From an uncultured Methanosarcinaceae archaeon (GTDB lineage: Archaea; Halobacteriota; Methanosarcinia; Methanosarcinales; Methanosarcinaceae): 64,000 nucleotides of DNA. The notes beneath the pieces are model-generated. The model did not search any database. It saw nothing but the letters and a program-made list of their open reading frames with translations, and was not told where the DNA came from. This document shows, piece after piece, positions 48,064 through 59,211 of this stretch. Where the stretch lies: the NCBI GenBank assembly GCA_963727895.1, contig CAVSHT010000005.1:320001-384000 (forward strand), written 5' to 3'. A program made the translations under genes and the position numbers. Numbering within the stretch: position 1 is the stretch's first letter; the number at the start of each line of letters is the position of its first letter.

Positions 48064-49269
48064 TTGAGGGACGAAAAATTCTTATTTAGCTTTTTTGAAA
48101 AGAACAACACTTCCAAAAGAAACCAAGAAATTGCTTGGCGATACATTGACAAATATTTTAGAGATCCAGGTAGTGGACTATCTGAAGCGACTGTACAAAA
48201 TAATATTGACATTTTGTCTGTGATTCTTAAATTTGTTGATACTGATCTTGATAATTTAACGCAAGATGATGTTGACACGTTTAAAATAGGCATCAGTAAA
48301 TACAAAAAGAATAATGGTCAGCCAATTGCAAAAGCCTCAATGAAACACTATTATGTCGGGTTCAAGCAGTTTCTCAAATGGGCAGCAAGAGAATATCACA
48401 AGCCTGAGTATCGGGATCTGAGCGAGAACTTTTCGACAAAGTTAAAAACAAAAAAGAAAAATGCTTCTGATCTTTTGACTGAGCAAGAGATTGACAAAAT
48501 TTTTGCAGCAGCAATACATCCCAGAGACAGAGCAATTCTTTCAGTCTTGTCTGAGAGTGGCTGCCGAGCAGGTGAGCTTGTCAGTATGCAGATCAAGCAT
48601 GTGAAGTTCACAAATGAATTCGTCTGGGTTACATTCCCGCAAAGTAAAACAACACCTCGGGCTGTGCCATTAAAAGAGTCGATGATATATCTGTCAGCTT
48701 GGCTTACACATCATCCATTGAAATATGACGAGGAAGCACCTCTTTGGGTTTCACTGAACCCAATATCTGCCACAAAGGGCGGTGGTGATCGTGCCTATCA
48801 ACCGATGCCGAGGTCAGCTGTACTTGAGCTTGTTCATAGACTTGCAAATAAAGCGGGGATAAAGAAGCGATGCTATACTCATCTGTTCAGACATTGTGCA
48901 GCCACAAAAATGTCAAAAGAATGGACTGAGCCACGAATGCGGAACTTTTTTGGCTGGTCAACTCACTCAGCAATGCCTTCGGTCTACTCACATTTGGGAG
49001 CTGGGGATTTCGAAGAAGCAATGAGAAAACTGTGCGGCACAGCAGAAGAAAGAAAACCCGAACCTAAATTCCAAAAATGTCCCAGATGCAAGCGTGAATT
49101 GCCAAAAAGGGCTGAGTACTGTGATGTTTGCGGCACAAAGCTTGGGAAGCAGCAGGTTCAAAAAGCTGATGATGATCTTGCAAGTCAAATGCGTCGTATA
49201 CTCTTAGAAGAGCATCCAGAGATCTTACAAAAAATTGTTCTCGCGATGACAAAATCACAAAATCAATAA
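48064..49269 (+). CDS. Tyrosine recombinase/integrase with C-terminal Zn ribbon
   Basis: Motifs RDRAIL..ESGCRAGEL, SKT, HLFRH, FFGWS, YSH and CPRC...CDVC. GGAGG precedes TTG 48064; the ORF is open from 48001. Confidence 0.93.
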   Translation: MRDEKFLFSFFEKNNTSKRNQEIAWRYIDKYFRDPGSGLSEATVQNNIDILSVILKFVDTDLDNLTQDDVDTFKIGISKYKKNNGQPIAKASMKHYYVGFKQFLKWAAREYHKPEYRDLSENFSTKLKTKKKNASDLLTEQEIDKIFAAAIHPRDRAILSVLSESGCRAGELVSMQIKHVKFTNEFVWVTFPQSKTTPRAVPLKESMIYLSAWLTHHPLKYDEEAPLWVSLNPISATKGGGDRAYQPMPRSAVLELVHRLANKAGIKKRCYTHLFRHCAATKMSKEWTEPRMRNFFGWSTHSAMPSVYSHLGAGDFEEAMRKLCGTAEERKPEPKFQKCPRCKRELPKRAEYCDVCGTKLGKQQVQKADDDLASQMRRILLEEHPEILQKIVLAMTKSQNQ

Positions 49270-49384
49270 CGGTAAAAGATTACATATATGTTGAAACAAT
49301 AATTATTATTGAAAGTGACTTACTTCGGCGAGATTGCCTCGATGAAAGCATATCACTCTTTTAAATGAATATCGAGGCAATATT

Positions 49385-49537
49385 ATGACCCAAACATTTG
49401 AAGAACAGGCTGCTGAGCTTGTCCGCCAAAATACTGACAGTGTAAAGAGGATTACACAGTATCATTCTGACGCTTTCACTAGAGCAATGGCTCAAGTGTT
49501 TCTTGAGACAGCGGGTGAGCAGCCATGTCAGACCTAA
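49385..49537 (+). CDS. 50-aa hypothetical protein (not in ORF track)
   Basis: GAGG upstream and MTQTFEEQAAELVRQ...; overlaps the next gene. Confidence 0.5.
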   Translation: MTQTFEEQAAELVRQNTDSVKRITQYHSDAFTRAMAQVFLETAGEQPCQT

Positions 49538-49830
49538 AAATGGTCAAAGCCTGCCCGAATTGCGATAGTACGCACCTCCACTATCGAAAACGAACAAATG
49601 ACTATCACTGCATTCATTGCAAATCGGTATTTAGTGAGCCCATAGAACGACCTGCAAAGCCCAAAGGTCATGAGCTCGGCATGTGTGGCAAATCTCGTCA
49701 GTGTCCAGAATGTGGCAGTCGAAAGACGAGATATAGTAGCCCTCGACTCAATGGCCCTAAGCATTGGGTCTGTACATATTGTTATAATACTTTTGATGTG
49801 AACCGAGACTGCCAAGCCCGCAATGCCTAA
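49525..49830 (+). CDS. Double zinc-ribbon protein
   Basis: CPNC..CIHC and CPEC..CTYC. Confidence 0.75.
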   Translation: MSDLKMVKACPNCDSTHLHYRKRTNDYHCIHCKSVFSEPIERPAKPKGHELGMCGKSRQCPECGSRKTRYSSPRLNGPKHWVCTYCYNTFDVNRDCQARNA

Positions 49831-50032
49831 ATTAGATCCGGGCCTACTTCGAGCTTGCCCAAATTGCGACAGCGCTAATATCTATCATGCAAAGCATGAT
49901 TGGCGATGTCATTCTTGCAATAGTGTTTTTGAGCAACCTATCCAGCGGGCAAAGAAAACGTGGCGTTGCAATACCGATTCAGCATATAGACCATTGCCTA
50001 AATTTTTGAAAATTATAAAGAGGGATAATTGA
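49823..50032 (+). CDS. Zinc-ribbon protein
   Basis: CPNCDS..WRCHSC; paralog of the previous gene. Confidence 0.72.
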   Translation: MPKLDPGLLRACPNCDSANIYHAKHDWRCHSCNSVFEQPIQRAKKTWRCNTDSAYRPLPKFLKIIKRDN

Positions 50033-50181
50033 TGGTCAGAGCTATCAATCCCAATAAAAAAATTAATACTTCGCTTTCATTTGACCTTGAGGTCATAGCA
50101 ATTATTGATAGAGAGCGAGGCATTGACAGTCGTAGCGGGTGGCTCAACGACCTAATTTTAGAGATGTTCGAGGGCGAGTGA
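50032..50181 (+). CDS. 49-aa ribbon-helix-helix-like protein (not in ORF track)
   Basis: MVRAINPNKKINTSLSFDLEVIAIIDRERGIDSRSGWLNDLILEMFEGE, with a TGATG overlap. Confidence 0.6.
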   Translation: MVRAINPNKKINTSLSFDLEVIAIIDRERGIDSRSGWLNDLILEMFEGE

Positions 50182-50183
50182 CG

Positions 50184-51149
50184 ATGAAGATTCCGACAAC
50201 GACATCGATCACGGCCTGTCCACACTGTGGCAGCTATCACATTATAAAAAGGATATTTTACTATTATTGTTCAAAGTGCAAAAATACATTTGAACAGCCT
50301 GAAATACAGCTATTTTCAGGGCCAGTCATCGATGAGAAATATAAAGTAAAACAACGTGAGAAAAACATTAAGGCAGGACTAAAGCTGCTATGGGAGTACA
50401 AAAAACAAGTAATACCTCCTACACAAGTAATACCACATATACAAGTAGCAAAGTCCCACGAAGATGTTCTTAAAAATATCAACCAAAAATTAGACCAGCA
50501 GCAAAAACACGAACTCACAGATGAGCAAAGAGAGTGTTTTGCGCAGCTGGTGGCGTTCAACACACTAATAAAAAATATATCAACCTCTCTAAAAGACGAT
50601 CTGCAGCTGGCGTCGCCAATTCCACCAGAGCCAAAACCGAGGCAGGCCACAAACTACGTTCCTATATGCCCAACCTGTGGCAGCACCCAACTAAATCCGC
50701 CGCGTGGTGACCGGTGGGAGTGGTACTGCCCGAAATGTATGAAGATGTTCGATAAGCCTGAAACCCGTGAAAAACAGCCTGTAAAAAGCGATAGACTTGA
50801 GATCGAAATAGAGAAAAGAGCGATTCTTCGGGATATTAAAGTGGGTTTGAGGCTACTATGGAAGCAACAAGAGGTTGTAAAGCCTAGAAAGCCTGTAAAA
50901 AGCAATAAAATTCCGAGAGTAAAAATACCCGAGATACAAATGCCAGAACAGTTGTTTGAAGTTGTTGACAAAAAGCCAAAACCAAAGTCTAGAAAAGCCC
51001 AAGTTCCAAGATCAGAACCCATAATATCCCTCGATCCAGCAGAACAACGAAGAATAGAGGTTCTTAGGGATATTAAGGTTGCCTGCAAGCGCACTAAAGG
51101 TCAAGTACGAGCTCTTCAGCCTGTTTTTATGGCTAAAAAAGCAAAATAG
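50184..51149 (+). CDS. Basic protein with two Zn ribbons and three IKxGL/RDIKV repeats
   Basis: CPHC..CSKC, CPTC..CPKC; NIKAGLKLLW, DIKVGLRLLW, DIKVAC. Confidence 0.7.
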   Translation: MKIPTTTSITACPHCGSYHIIKRIFYYYCSKCKNTFEQPEIQLFSGPVIDEKYKVKQREKNIKAGLKLLWEYKKQVIPPTQVIPHIQVAKSHEDVLKNINQKLDQQQKHELTDEQRECFAQLVAFNTLIKNISTSLKDDLQLASPIPPEPKPRQATNYVPICPTCGSTQLNPPRGDRWEWYCPKCMKMFDKPETREKQPVKSDRLEIEIEKRAILRDIKVGLRLLWKQQEVVKPRKPVKSNKIPRVKIPEIQMPEQLFEVVDKKPKPKSRKAQVPRSEPIISLDPAEQRRIEVLRDIKVACKRTKGQVRALQPVFMAKKAK

Positions 51150-51229
51150 GAAGCAAAATTGCTGCCAAACTAAGAGCTAAAACGTTAATGAATATCTTTG
51201 AAATTGTGGATGAAATTCATAAATTCTAA

Positions 51230-51589
51230 TTATGACCTATTAACTGGAGTTCCTGCTGGTGGAGTTGCTCCTCTGGGAGGAATGGTACCGTTGGCTGACA
51301 TATTATCTGGGTGCATTGTTGAATTAGGTGGCATGTTCCCCATTTTTCCTTCTGGAGGCATTGTCGCATTATTTGGCACATTTCTTGATTTTCCTCCAGA
51401 GGGCATGTTATTAGGTGACATGTTACCGGGGTTTCTTTCAGCAGGTCTCGTATTATTGTTTGACATATTGCCTGCGTTCTTTTCTGTAGGTGTAGCGTTG
51501 TTAGATGTTTTATTGTCAGTACATCCTGACATCGCTAATACTAACATAAGTAGCAAACCAATCACTAAAAAACTAACTTTTCTCATCAT
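51230..51589 (-). CDS. Low-complexity lipoprotein
   Basis: Lipobox AMSGC followed by N/P/G/M-rich repeats. Confidence 0.7.
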   Translation of the reverse strand: MMRKVSFLVIGLLLMLVLAMSGCTDNKTSNNATPTEKNAGNMSNNNTRPAERNPGNMSPNNMPSGGKSRNVPNNATMPPEGKMGNMPPNSTMHPDNMSANGTIPPRGATPPAGTPVNRS

Positions 51590-52114
51590 ATTACCTCAAT
51601 AGATTGGACTTTATAAAATAAAGTCACTTAATCACTAAAAACTTTTGCATGATATTCAATCAATATTCTCAAAATCTTTTTTCAAAAAAGCTTGCAGAAA
51701 TGAAAAGTTTGGGTCGAAAACGATGAAGTGAGCCAGCTTTCCCGACAAAATACATTAGAGAACTTTCAAGCCTTGGCTATGATGTTCACTATACTAGTTC
51801 TGAAGAAGAACAGCTTGAAAATCTTAGGCAGCTTGCTGAAGCTAAAAATGACGAAGTGCTGAAAAGCACTTACTAATTTTCTTTTTTGATATTTATATCG
51901 GGATATTTAGGAAAAGTAGTATCGGGCAACCTATATATCCCTCCTCAAAACGGTATAACTAAATTGTTAAAAACCTTTATATACTTTACATAGTTATTTA
52001 CTTATATATACAAAGTAGTAAATTATAAACAGAAGTTGTCCTCCGGCGGCTGGATCAGCCGATGTATAATTACGAAAACTGCTTTTTTAATCGAATAAAC
52101 AGGAGGAACAATAA

Positions 52115-52339
52115 ATGGGCAATGTGAGAAATTTTGCATTTAGTGCAGATCCACGAGAATTCATGTCAGTACAGAACAAAACCGATGAAATTGCGAAGCA
52201 ATATCCTGGTTTTTCAAGGTCACTTGTCTGGAAAACCCTATTAATTGAAGTGCTTGGTGTCGAGCCTTTAGATCCTGATATGCATAAGGTCTATCTCAAT
52301 CGTATAAACAAAGCGCTTGGAAAGCAGGAGAACAAATAA
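52115..52339 (+). CDS. Small putative DNA-binding protein upstream of the replication gene
   Basis: AGGAGG SD and a 74-aa ORF containing SRSLVWKTLL. Confidence 0.6.
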   Translation: MGNVRNFAFSADPREFMSVQNKTDEIAKQYPGFSRSLVWKTLLIEVLGVEPLDPDMHKVYLNRINKALGKQENK

Positions 52340-52503
52340 GCTCAAAAGAAGGTGTGTCAAGGGCGCCCGAAATCGCCCCTGAGATCGGTTGAGAACATGA
52401 GTAAATTGGTCACAAAACCCATATAATAAAAGGGTTTGAACCTATTTACATATTATGTCTGCCGATATCGTTTTTGACGCACCTCTTTTAGGAGGTCATA
52501 AAC

Positions 52504-54887
52504 ATGAGTGAAGCAAATAATTCACAGGATAATATGCAGTCACCCGAAAAGGTTGAGGGAGAGCCCGAGGCAGTTTATGTTCAGGCACCCGTCGATGAAG
52601 TGCAAGCGAGAATTGAAAAACTTGCAAAAAAGACTGGTAAAAGTGCTGATATTATACAGGCAGAACTTGATAAGATCATGCAAAACATGCGCGGTGATGG
52701 AGTTAATAATGCAACTCAAGCTGACAAATTGCGAGGAGCACTTATATTTTTAGAATCGCAAGTGTCCAACTACACAAAAAGTGTATTACCTGCTGATGAA
52801 TGTGAAAGTTCTAGTATAATGTCACAAACACGAGCTGACAAGTTTTATGGTTTAAAGCGAAATCCAAATATAGTGCACATCGATTCAAAAACTTACATTT
52901 TGCCATATGATGAGGAGAAAGGCGTATACTATGAATTCGATTCCAATCCTGAGACATCTGGCAAGCGTGGTGAGATTGTTAAAATCACTGCAAAACGAAA
53001 TAAAGACGAGTCATATTTCTGGATCAGAGAGAGAATATGTAACTGTATGACCATGGTTACAAGCTATCATCACTCGTTGGAGTCAACACATTGTTTTGTT
53101 GAAATTGCATATACTGACTACAGTGACAGAACTGCAATATGGAAACAAAAAACAATTCCAGCTGAAGCAATAGCAACAAAAGATGGACTTAAAAGAGTTG
53201 TTGTGCCAGAAGGCATAGCCATTATTGAATCGCAGTTTCAAGATATGATTGAATTCTATAGCTTGTGTATTGCACATAATGATCATCAGAAAAATACAGA
53301 TTTCACTTGTGGTAGTGTGACTGAAACCACTGGCTGGAAAAAAATCAACAAAACTGATATGACATCTAACATATTTGTTGTTGGGAATTATGCATATTAT
53401 CTCAAAAATAACAATATCGAGCGACGCTGTTCACTATTCAACGATACTAAAAATGCTGACGTTGAATCTAAGCTTCAACAAAAAGGCACATTGGAAGGCT
53501 GGATTGATGCGGTACGACCACTTATCGGCCACAATATCGTTAGAGTAGTTTGTTATGCCGCAATGGCATCAACATTAATCAAAGTTCTAGGAAGTCCACA
53601 ATTTACACTTGGTATAGTAGGCGAGAGTTCGATCGGTAAAACACTTTCGACGCAAGTTGCAGCAAGTCTCATCGGAAATCCAAATGATAAAGATGGTGGA
53701 CTATTAGATAGTGGTGATGTCTCAATTACTGGTTTGAGTGCAATTGTCACAACATTTAATGATCTCCCATGTTTCTTTGATGAAACAACAACAATGAAAG
53801 AAGACGTGAAAAAATATCTGGGTTATTTGATTGCAAATGGTCAAGAACCAAAGAGAGGAACAAAAGATGGAAAACTACGTGACAAACATCCAATTAGATC
53901 TAATGTGATACTGACTGGTGAAACCGATTTTATCTCAAGAGTTGCAAATGATGGTGCACAAACGAGAGTTATAGTGATTAGAGATCGACCAATTCCAAAG
54001 CTTGACTACCCGAGCATACTATGGCAGTCGAGGGATAAAATGCTGGAAAATTTTGGTCATGTAACACCACTATTTCTCAAGCAAATCGATATGCTAGGTA
54101 GACAGCAACTTATCAATGCATATCATGTACTTAGAGAATATTATGCGAAGACAACAACCGATGAAAAACAACAAAGAAAAGCACAGTGTTTTGCTTTGAT
54201 GGAAATTGCCGGGATATTGCTCGAAAAAGTATTTGTGAACATTGGAATTGAATATAAGGATCCTCATAAGGTCACTCAGTCACTTTGGGAACGCTGTGTT
54301 ATAGAGAAACCTGATGTATCACTTGCTGTACGAATCGCACAATCAATAGATGAATATATCGAATCAAATAAACTAAATAATTTCATCGTCAATAATAATA
54401 AAGATGCCAAAATAAGTGGTGATGGACTATATGGCTATATTAAAATAAAAAACGACGAATACAACGCTTGTTTGTACCCAGATAAGCTCAATGCACATCT
54501 CAGAAAACATGACTATAGTATGACCCCAGTGTTTGTTACAGGGATTTGAAAGTAAAGGGTATAATCAAAGTCGATCCAAAGAGACGCGATTTTACAAACA
54601 ATGTTCACCGTGGTGGAAATAGACTTCAGCTAATCAACATTGACATGCTTAAGTTGCAGGAATATATAGGTATGAAATCAGAGCCAGATTACAATACTGA
54701 TGACATCACTGATGTACTCGGGGATGTGATAGCATATTCAACTCCTATAATATCACCTGTGACTGGCGAGCCAATACGGACATGGAGTGATTTAAATAAG
54801 CCTTGTAAGAAACTCGAACCAAAAAAACAAATCGATGAATCCGAGTTTCCACAAAATCCCTACGATTCTATTGATGATGAATGGTAA
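52504..54887 (+). CDS. DUF927-like P-loop replicative helicase, frameshifted near 54520
   Basis: TGWK, GTLEGW, Walker A GESSIGKT, Walker B CFFDE, NGQEPKRG, LTGE, GAQTR, ENFGH. The tail continues in another frame (DPSVCYRDLKVKG). Confidence 0.8.
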
Positions 54888-54999
54888 ATTCCTAAAAAAA
54901 TATCTGAACTAATCTTCTTTTTTGAGCCGCGTCTGGACTCTACAGTATAATTTTATTGTAAGTGTAAACCTTTTTTTGATATTTTTACCATTTTTTTGA

Positions 55000-55402
55000 T
55001 CAAAGTCCATAAAAAATCGGTTGCAATATGGACTTTTTTATGGACTCTTTTCGGTATTGGTAGACAACTTGAAAAAAGCTTTATGGACTTTTATGGACTC
55101 TCAAAACGATATCCCAATACCGAAAAATCAAGAAGTCCATAAAATTTGGTCAAATTACACGTATATACGTAAATATATTCATACGCACGCATGAGTAAAT
55201 ATTAATTAATTTATGAAGTTCTAACATTATAAATTTGTTTATATGCGAATTCTTCCTATAAGGGTGTAGATTCTTTACGGACTTTATGGACTTTTATTAC
55301 TATATATACTTAGATGTATTCATACACTTATACCAATACCGAAAAGAGTCAAAAAAAAGGTCCATAAAAAAGTCCATAAAGGTCCATAAAATTATGGACT
55401 CT
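55000..55402. repeat. Putative replication origin: about a dozen TATGGAC(T) boxes in both orientations plus a 20-bp inverted repeat
   Basis: GACTCTTTTCGGTATTGGTA (55043-55062) and TACCAATACCGAAAAGAGTC (55331-55350) enclose an AT-rich core. Confidence 0.65.
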
Positions 55403-55520
55403 GATTGGGTGCCATAGAATTTTTCTTTATTAGTATAACATCGTTATTATTTATTTGACCATTAAATTTCAGGTCAGCCTATAGATAGTTAAATTTTTAA
55501 CGCTATTAAAATTTTTGTTC

Positions 55521-55775
55521 GAGGATATTTTGGAAGCGAGCCTTCGTACCTGGGCTAAGCCAAATATCCCCTAGGCTTGAACAATTATAGCTACGCAAGT
55601 AAGCAAGATCGTTATGCGAAGGCTACGAGGCTCCATAGAGGCTCTACGAGGATGAAAAGGTACAAATAAGAGGGATAGATGATTCACTCAAAGTATATTT
55701 ATCTTAAATAAGATCTAACAGCCCGAAAGATTCACTTCCAAAATATCCTCCAAATCCACTATAGCGGCTCTATAT
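55521..55775. repeat. GGATATTT/AAATATCC palindromic unit, copy 1
   Basis: Perfect 16-bp IR at 55521-55536 and 55735-55750. Shares blocks with 58255-58443, 59777-59898, about 62260-62310 and 62840-62889. Confidence 0.7.
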
Positions 55776-56082
55776 CTCGTATAAATGAAAATTAATAAAG
55801 CCTATGACTATTTTTATTACAAAGAATCTTATTAACTATTCCTATATTCTCTAAAATTTCGCAGTCTATTTTTTGAGATATTTAGGAAGGTTTAACAAAT
55901 CACCTAATCCACCTTTTTAAATTCAGACTTCACCTCTTTGTTACTTAATTCCCTAATAACTAATTCTAAATTTCTTAATTTTTATAAAGTTCATATCCAA
56001 AAGAAAAGTTTTAAGAATTTATCTGATATCTGATTATTAATATTTTAAAATAAAATCAAATATTATCAGAGGATTAAATATA

Positions 56083-57639
56083 ATGAAAAGTCATAACAAA
56101 ATTAAGTACAGAGATTTAATATCTGTAGTTCTAATTTTAGTTTTATTATTGGTATCATCTGTGGCATCTTTGGCCACTGCACAGACTGGTTCTTCCGGAA
56201 ATACTGCATATGTTACTAATGATGACGGAACTATTTCTATCATAAATACTGCATCAGACACTGTTATAGCCACAGTGCCTGTGGGAAATGATCCTTATGG
56301 AACTACAATTACTCCAGATGGAACAATAGTTTATGTGACAGATTACAAAGCTAACAAAGTTTATGGAATTGACACAGCTACAAATACTGTTACAGCCACA
56401 ATACCTGTAGGCGATGTCCCTTATGGCATTGCAGTTACGCCAGATGGAAAAAAGATCTATGTAGCAAATAATGGAGATAAGACAGTTTCGGTAATTGACA
56501 CAGCGTCAAATAGTGTTATAAAAACAGTTTCTGTGGATAGTAATCCTTATGGAGTAGCAGTTAACCCATCGGGAACGAAAGCATATGTAACAACCTCAGG
56601 TAGTAATTCTGTATATGTAATTGACACTTCAACAGATACTGTTACAGATAAAGTAACTGGATTAAGTGGTGCCTATGGAATTGCCTTTAATCCAGATGGT
56701 TCACAATATTACATAACAGAGAGGGGAACTAACAGTGTTTCTGTCATTGACAGTGAATCAGATAAGGTTGAGACGAGTGTACCTGTAGAAAAAGACCCAC
56801 ATGGAGTTGCAGTAAGTCCGGATGGAACAAAAGTATATGTGGCAAACAATGGAGATAACACCGTTTCTGTAATTGACACAGCCACAAATACCGTTACGGC
56901 TACAGTAAATGTTGGAAATGCTCCTTTTGGGGTTGGAGTTACATCAGATGGAACAAAAGTATATGTAGCTAACCGTGGACAAGATAATCGTCAATTAAAA
57001 ACTGTATCGGTAATTGACGCATCAAGCAATAATGTTATAAGTACGATAAATGTAGGAACCAATCCAAAGGCTTTTGGGTTATTTATAAGCAGTTATTCAT
57101 CAGCCACTGAATCTAATACAGGAACTTCTACTAATACAGGAACTTCTACTAATACAGGAACTTCTACTAATACAGGAACTTCTACTAATACAGGAACTTC
57201 TACTAATACAGGAACTTCTACTAATACAGGAACTTCTACTAATACAGGAACTTCTACTAATACAGGAAATTCGACTCTTTCTAAAGTTATTAACAATTAT
57301 AATAATATTACCATATATAATAAAACTAGTAATAATAATAACAATAATATAAATAGTGGAAATAATATTACAGGCAATAATATCAATATAGGAAATACTA
57401 CAAACAGTGGTAATAATATTAGTCATAGTAACATCGATAATAAAAATAATACGAGTAATAATAACATAAATGGCAATAATAATATAAATGGCAATAATAA
57501 TATAAATGGCAATAATAACATAAATGGCAATAATAACATAAATGGCAATAATAACAACTCTACAGAACATGGGTCTAGTTGGTTAGATGTTATTTATGAA
57601 GGTGTTATAGCCAAGCTGTTTGAGTTAATAAAATTGTAA
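56083..57639 (+). CDS. Secreted YVTN beta-propeller protein with TNTGTS and Asn-rich tail
   Basis: Seven roughly 42-aa repeats (P.G.AV.PDG.K.YV.N....VSVID) and an 18-bp repeat x8 at about 57112-57268. Confidence 0.92.
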   Translation: MKSHNKIKYRDLISVVLILVLLLVSSVASLATAQTGSSGNTAYVTNDDGTISIINTASDTVIATVPVGNDPYGTTITPDGTIVYVTDYKANKVYGIDTATNTVTATIPVGDVPYGIAVTPDGKKIYVANNGDKTVSVIDTASNSVIKTVSVDSNPYGVAVNPSGTKAYVTTSGSNSVYVIDTSTDTVTDKVTGLSGAYGIAFNPDGSQYYITERGTNSVSVIDSESDKVETSVPVEKDPHGVAVSPDGTKVYVANNGDNTVSVIDTATNTVTATVNVGNAPFGVGVTSDGTKVYVANRGQDNRQLKTVSVIDASSNNVISTINVGTNPKAFGLFISSYSSATESNTGTSTNTGTSTNTGTSTNTGTSTNTGTSTNTGTSTNTGTSTNTGTSTNTGNSTLSKVINNYNNITIYNKTSNNNNNNINSGNNITGNNINIGNTTNSGNNISHSNIDNKNNTSNNNINGNNNINGNNNINGNNNINGNNNINGNNNNSTEHGSSWLDVIYEGVIAKLFELIKL

Positions 57640-57646
57640 AGAAAAA

Positions 57647-57768
57647 GGCTCTGTAGAAAACTTATCTAAATCAGTTACTATAAGCTAAAAACCAATTTGC
57701 AAAAATATATCAATTAATTCAGTTAATATTAATTGGGACTTTTCGTATAAGAGGATATCTACAGAGCC
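57647..57768. mobile_element. MITE with GGCTCTGTAGA TIR
   Basis: GGCTCTGTAGA...TCTACAGAGCC. Confidence 0.65.
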
Positions 57769-57984
57769 AAAAAAGTATATTTAAATGTAAGAATTAAAGT
57801 ATATCCGAAAAGTTAGTAGTTATATTGAAAACGTTAAAATTTGAATTGGCTTTTATCCACAAGCTAATCAATTTTATAAATATAAGGATTCTGGATAATA
57901 ACCTTTATAGATGAACTCATCTAAATCAATAAAGATCATTGTGGTATTTCTTTAAACAGCTCTGGTAAATATGTTTAAATTCTT

Positions 57985-58116
57985 GGCTCTGTATAAATCT
58001 TTAATATTCAGGCGAAAATCAAAGTTAACAATAATTCAAAAAGTAATATCACTTATTGGATAGATTTGCCAGTTTCAATCTGCTGACAGTGGATTTGATA
58101 GGTTTTCTACAGAGCC
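57985..58116. mobile_element. MITE with GGCTCTGTA TIR
   Basis: GGCTCTGTATAAA...TTTTCTACAGAGCC. Confidence 0.6.
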
Positions 58117-58254
58117 AAATTCTGATATCTCTGGTCTTTACCTTATTATGAATAAGGTCAATTCAATTTTAACCTTATTTTGACTTTTTTTCGCGATTTT
58201 TCGATGATGACTCGAAGCAGCCATTTAAGGTTAAAAGAATCTTAACTTTAGTAA

Positions 58255-58443
58255 GGGATATTTGAGTCGATTGTCGTTAGAAATTACCAAATAGCCCTTG
58301 GCTTGAACAATTATGGCTACTGAAGCCAGCAAACCCGCTATAGAGGAGCTACGAAGCTCCAGGATATGTCTACGTGGCTGAGATGGATAGATGAGGCTGA
58401 TTCGAGAGACCCGAAAGTCAGGCTGCTAATTTCCAAATATCCT
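58255..58443. repeat. GGATATTT/AAATATCC palindromic unit, copy 2
   Basis: GGGATATTTG..CAAATAGCCC, then GGCTTGAACAATTATGGCTAC as in copy 1, ending CCAAATATCC. Confidence 0.65.
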
Positions 58444-59211
58444 AAAGCCTGCATATTTTGGGAATAGTTTAACTACATAATAACTCATTTTGTGATGGGT
58501 CTAGCAATAAGGTTTAGTCTTGGGCAAATAATATCCCTGCATCTATAAATTATGCTTAAGTCATTGACGCTTATGATAACGATTTTTATCTTAATCACGA
58601 GTTCTATGAATTACAAACGTTGCTCTGTAGAAATAGTAGGGGCAAAGCATATGAAATACCCTAGTTATTTGATAAATCCAAACTCCTAAAGTACATTATT
58701 TTTGTGAAGATTACGGCCTTCTTTTCTAGATATAATACACCTCTCTCCTTTTAGTGGAATAAAAGACCTTAATAGCTTAGTTCTACAGGAAAAAACTTCA
58801 CATGTGTGGTAGGAGTGGATATAAAGGACTGTCGGAAGACATAGAAGGGATCTCTCGTCTCAAATGTTTTAAACTCAATTTTAAACGGATATGTGATGAG
58901 GGTTAAAAAATTGTTATTTTTAGAATCTACCTATTTTGAAGATCAAGTGTTATAAAGCTTTAAACTCGCTTTTTGATTTTTATTTAAGATCCTAAAAATA
59001 AGTATGTTTATATGCAAAAATTAACTAGTTGATTTCGATTGTAAGTACCATCAGATCAAATGTAACCTAATAAGATAAAAAAAAGTAATGTCTATTTAAT
59101 AAAAAACATTAGTTCTCTAAAACCCATAGAAATTCCCTAAAATTCTATTAGGTTTCGATTGTTGGTATTTTTAGATCAAATTAAACCCAAGATTAATACG
59201 GAGGAAACGTA

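Noticed and set aside
47900..48100. tRNA attachment site for the integrase
   Set aside because: No tRNA-like sequence (T-arm GTTCGA/AATC, CCA end) is recognisable at the junction.
51198..51602. Plus-strand 134-aa ORF
   Set aside because: Antisense to a lipoprotein that has a clear signal, lipobox and GAGG SD.
57093..57570. Minus-strand ORFs (VEVPVL and ISRSSC repeats)
   Set aside because: Antisense shadows of the repeat tail of the YVTN gene.
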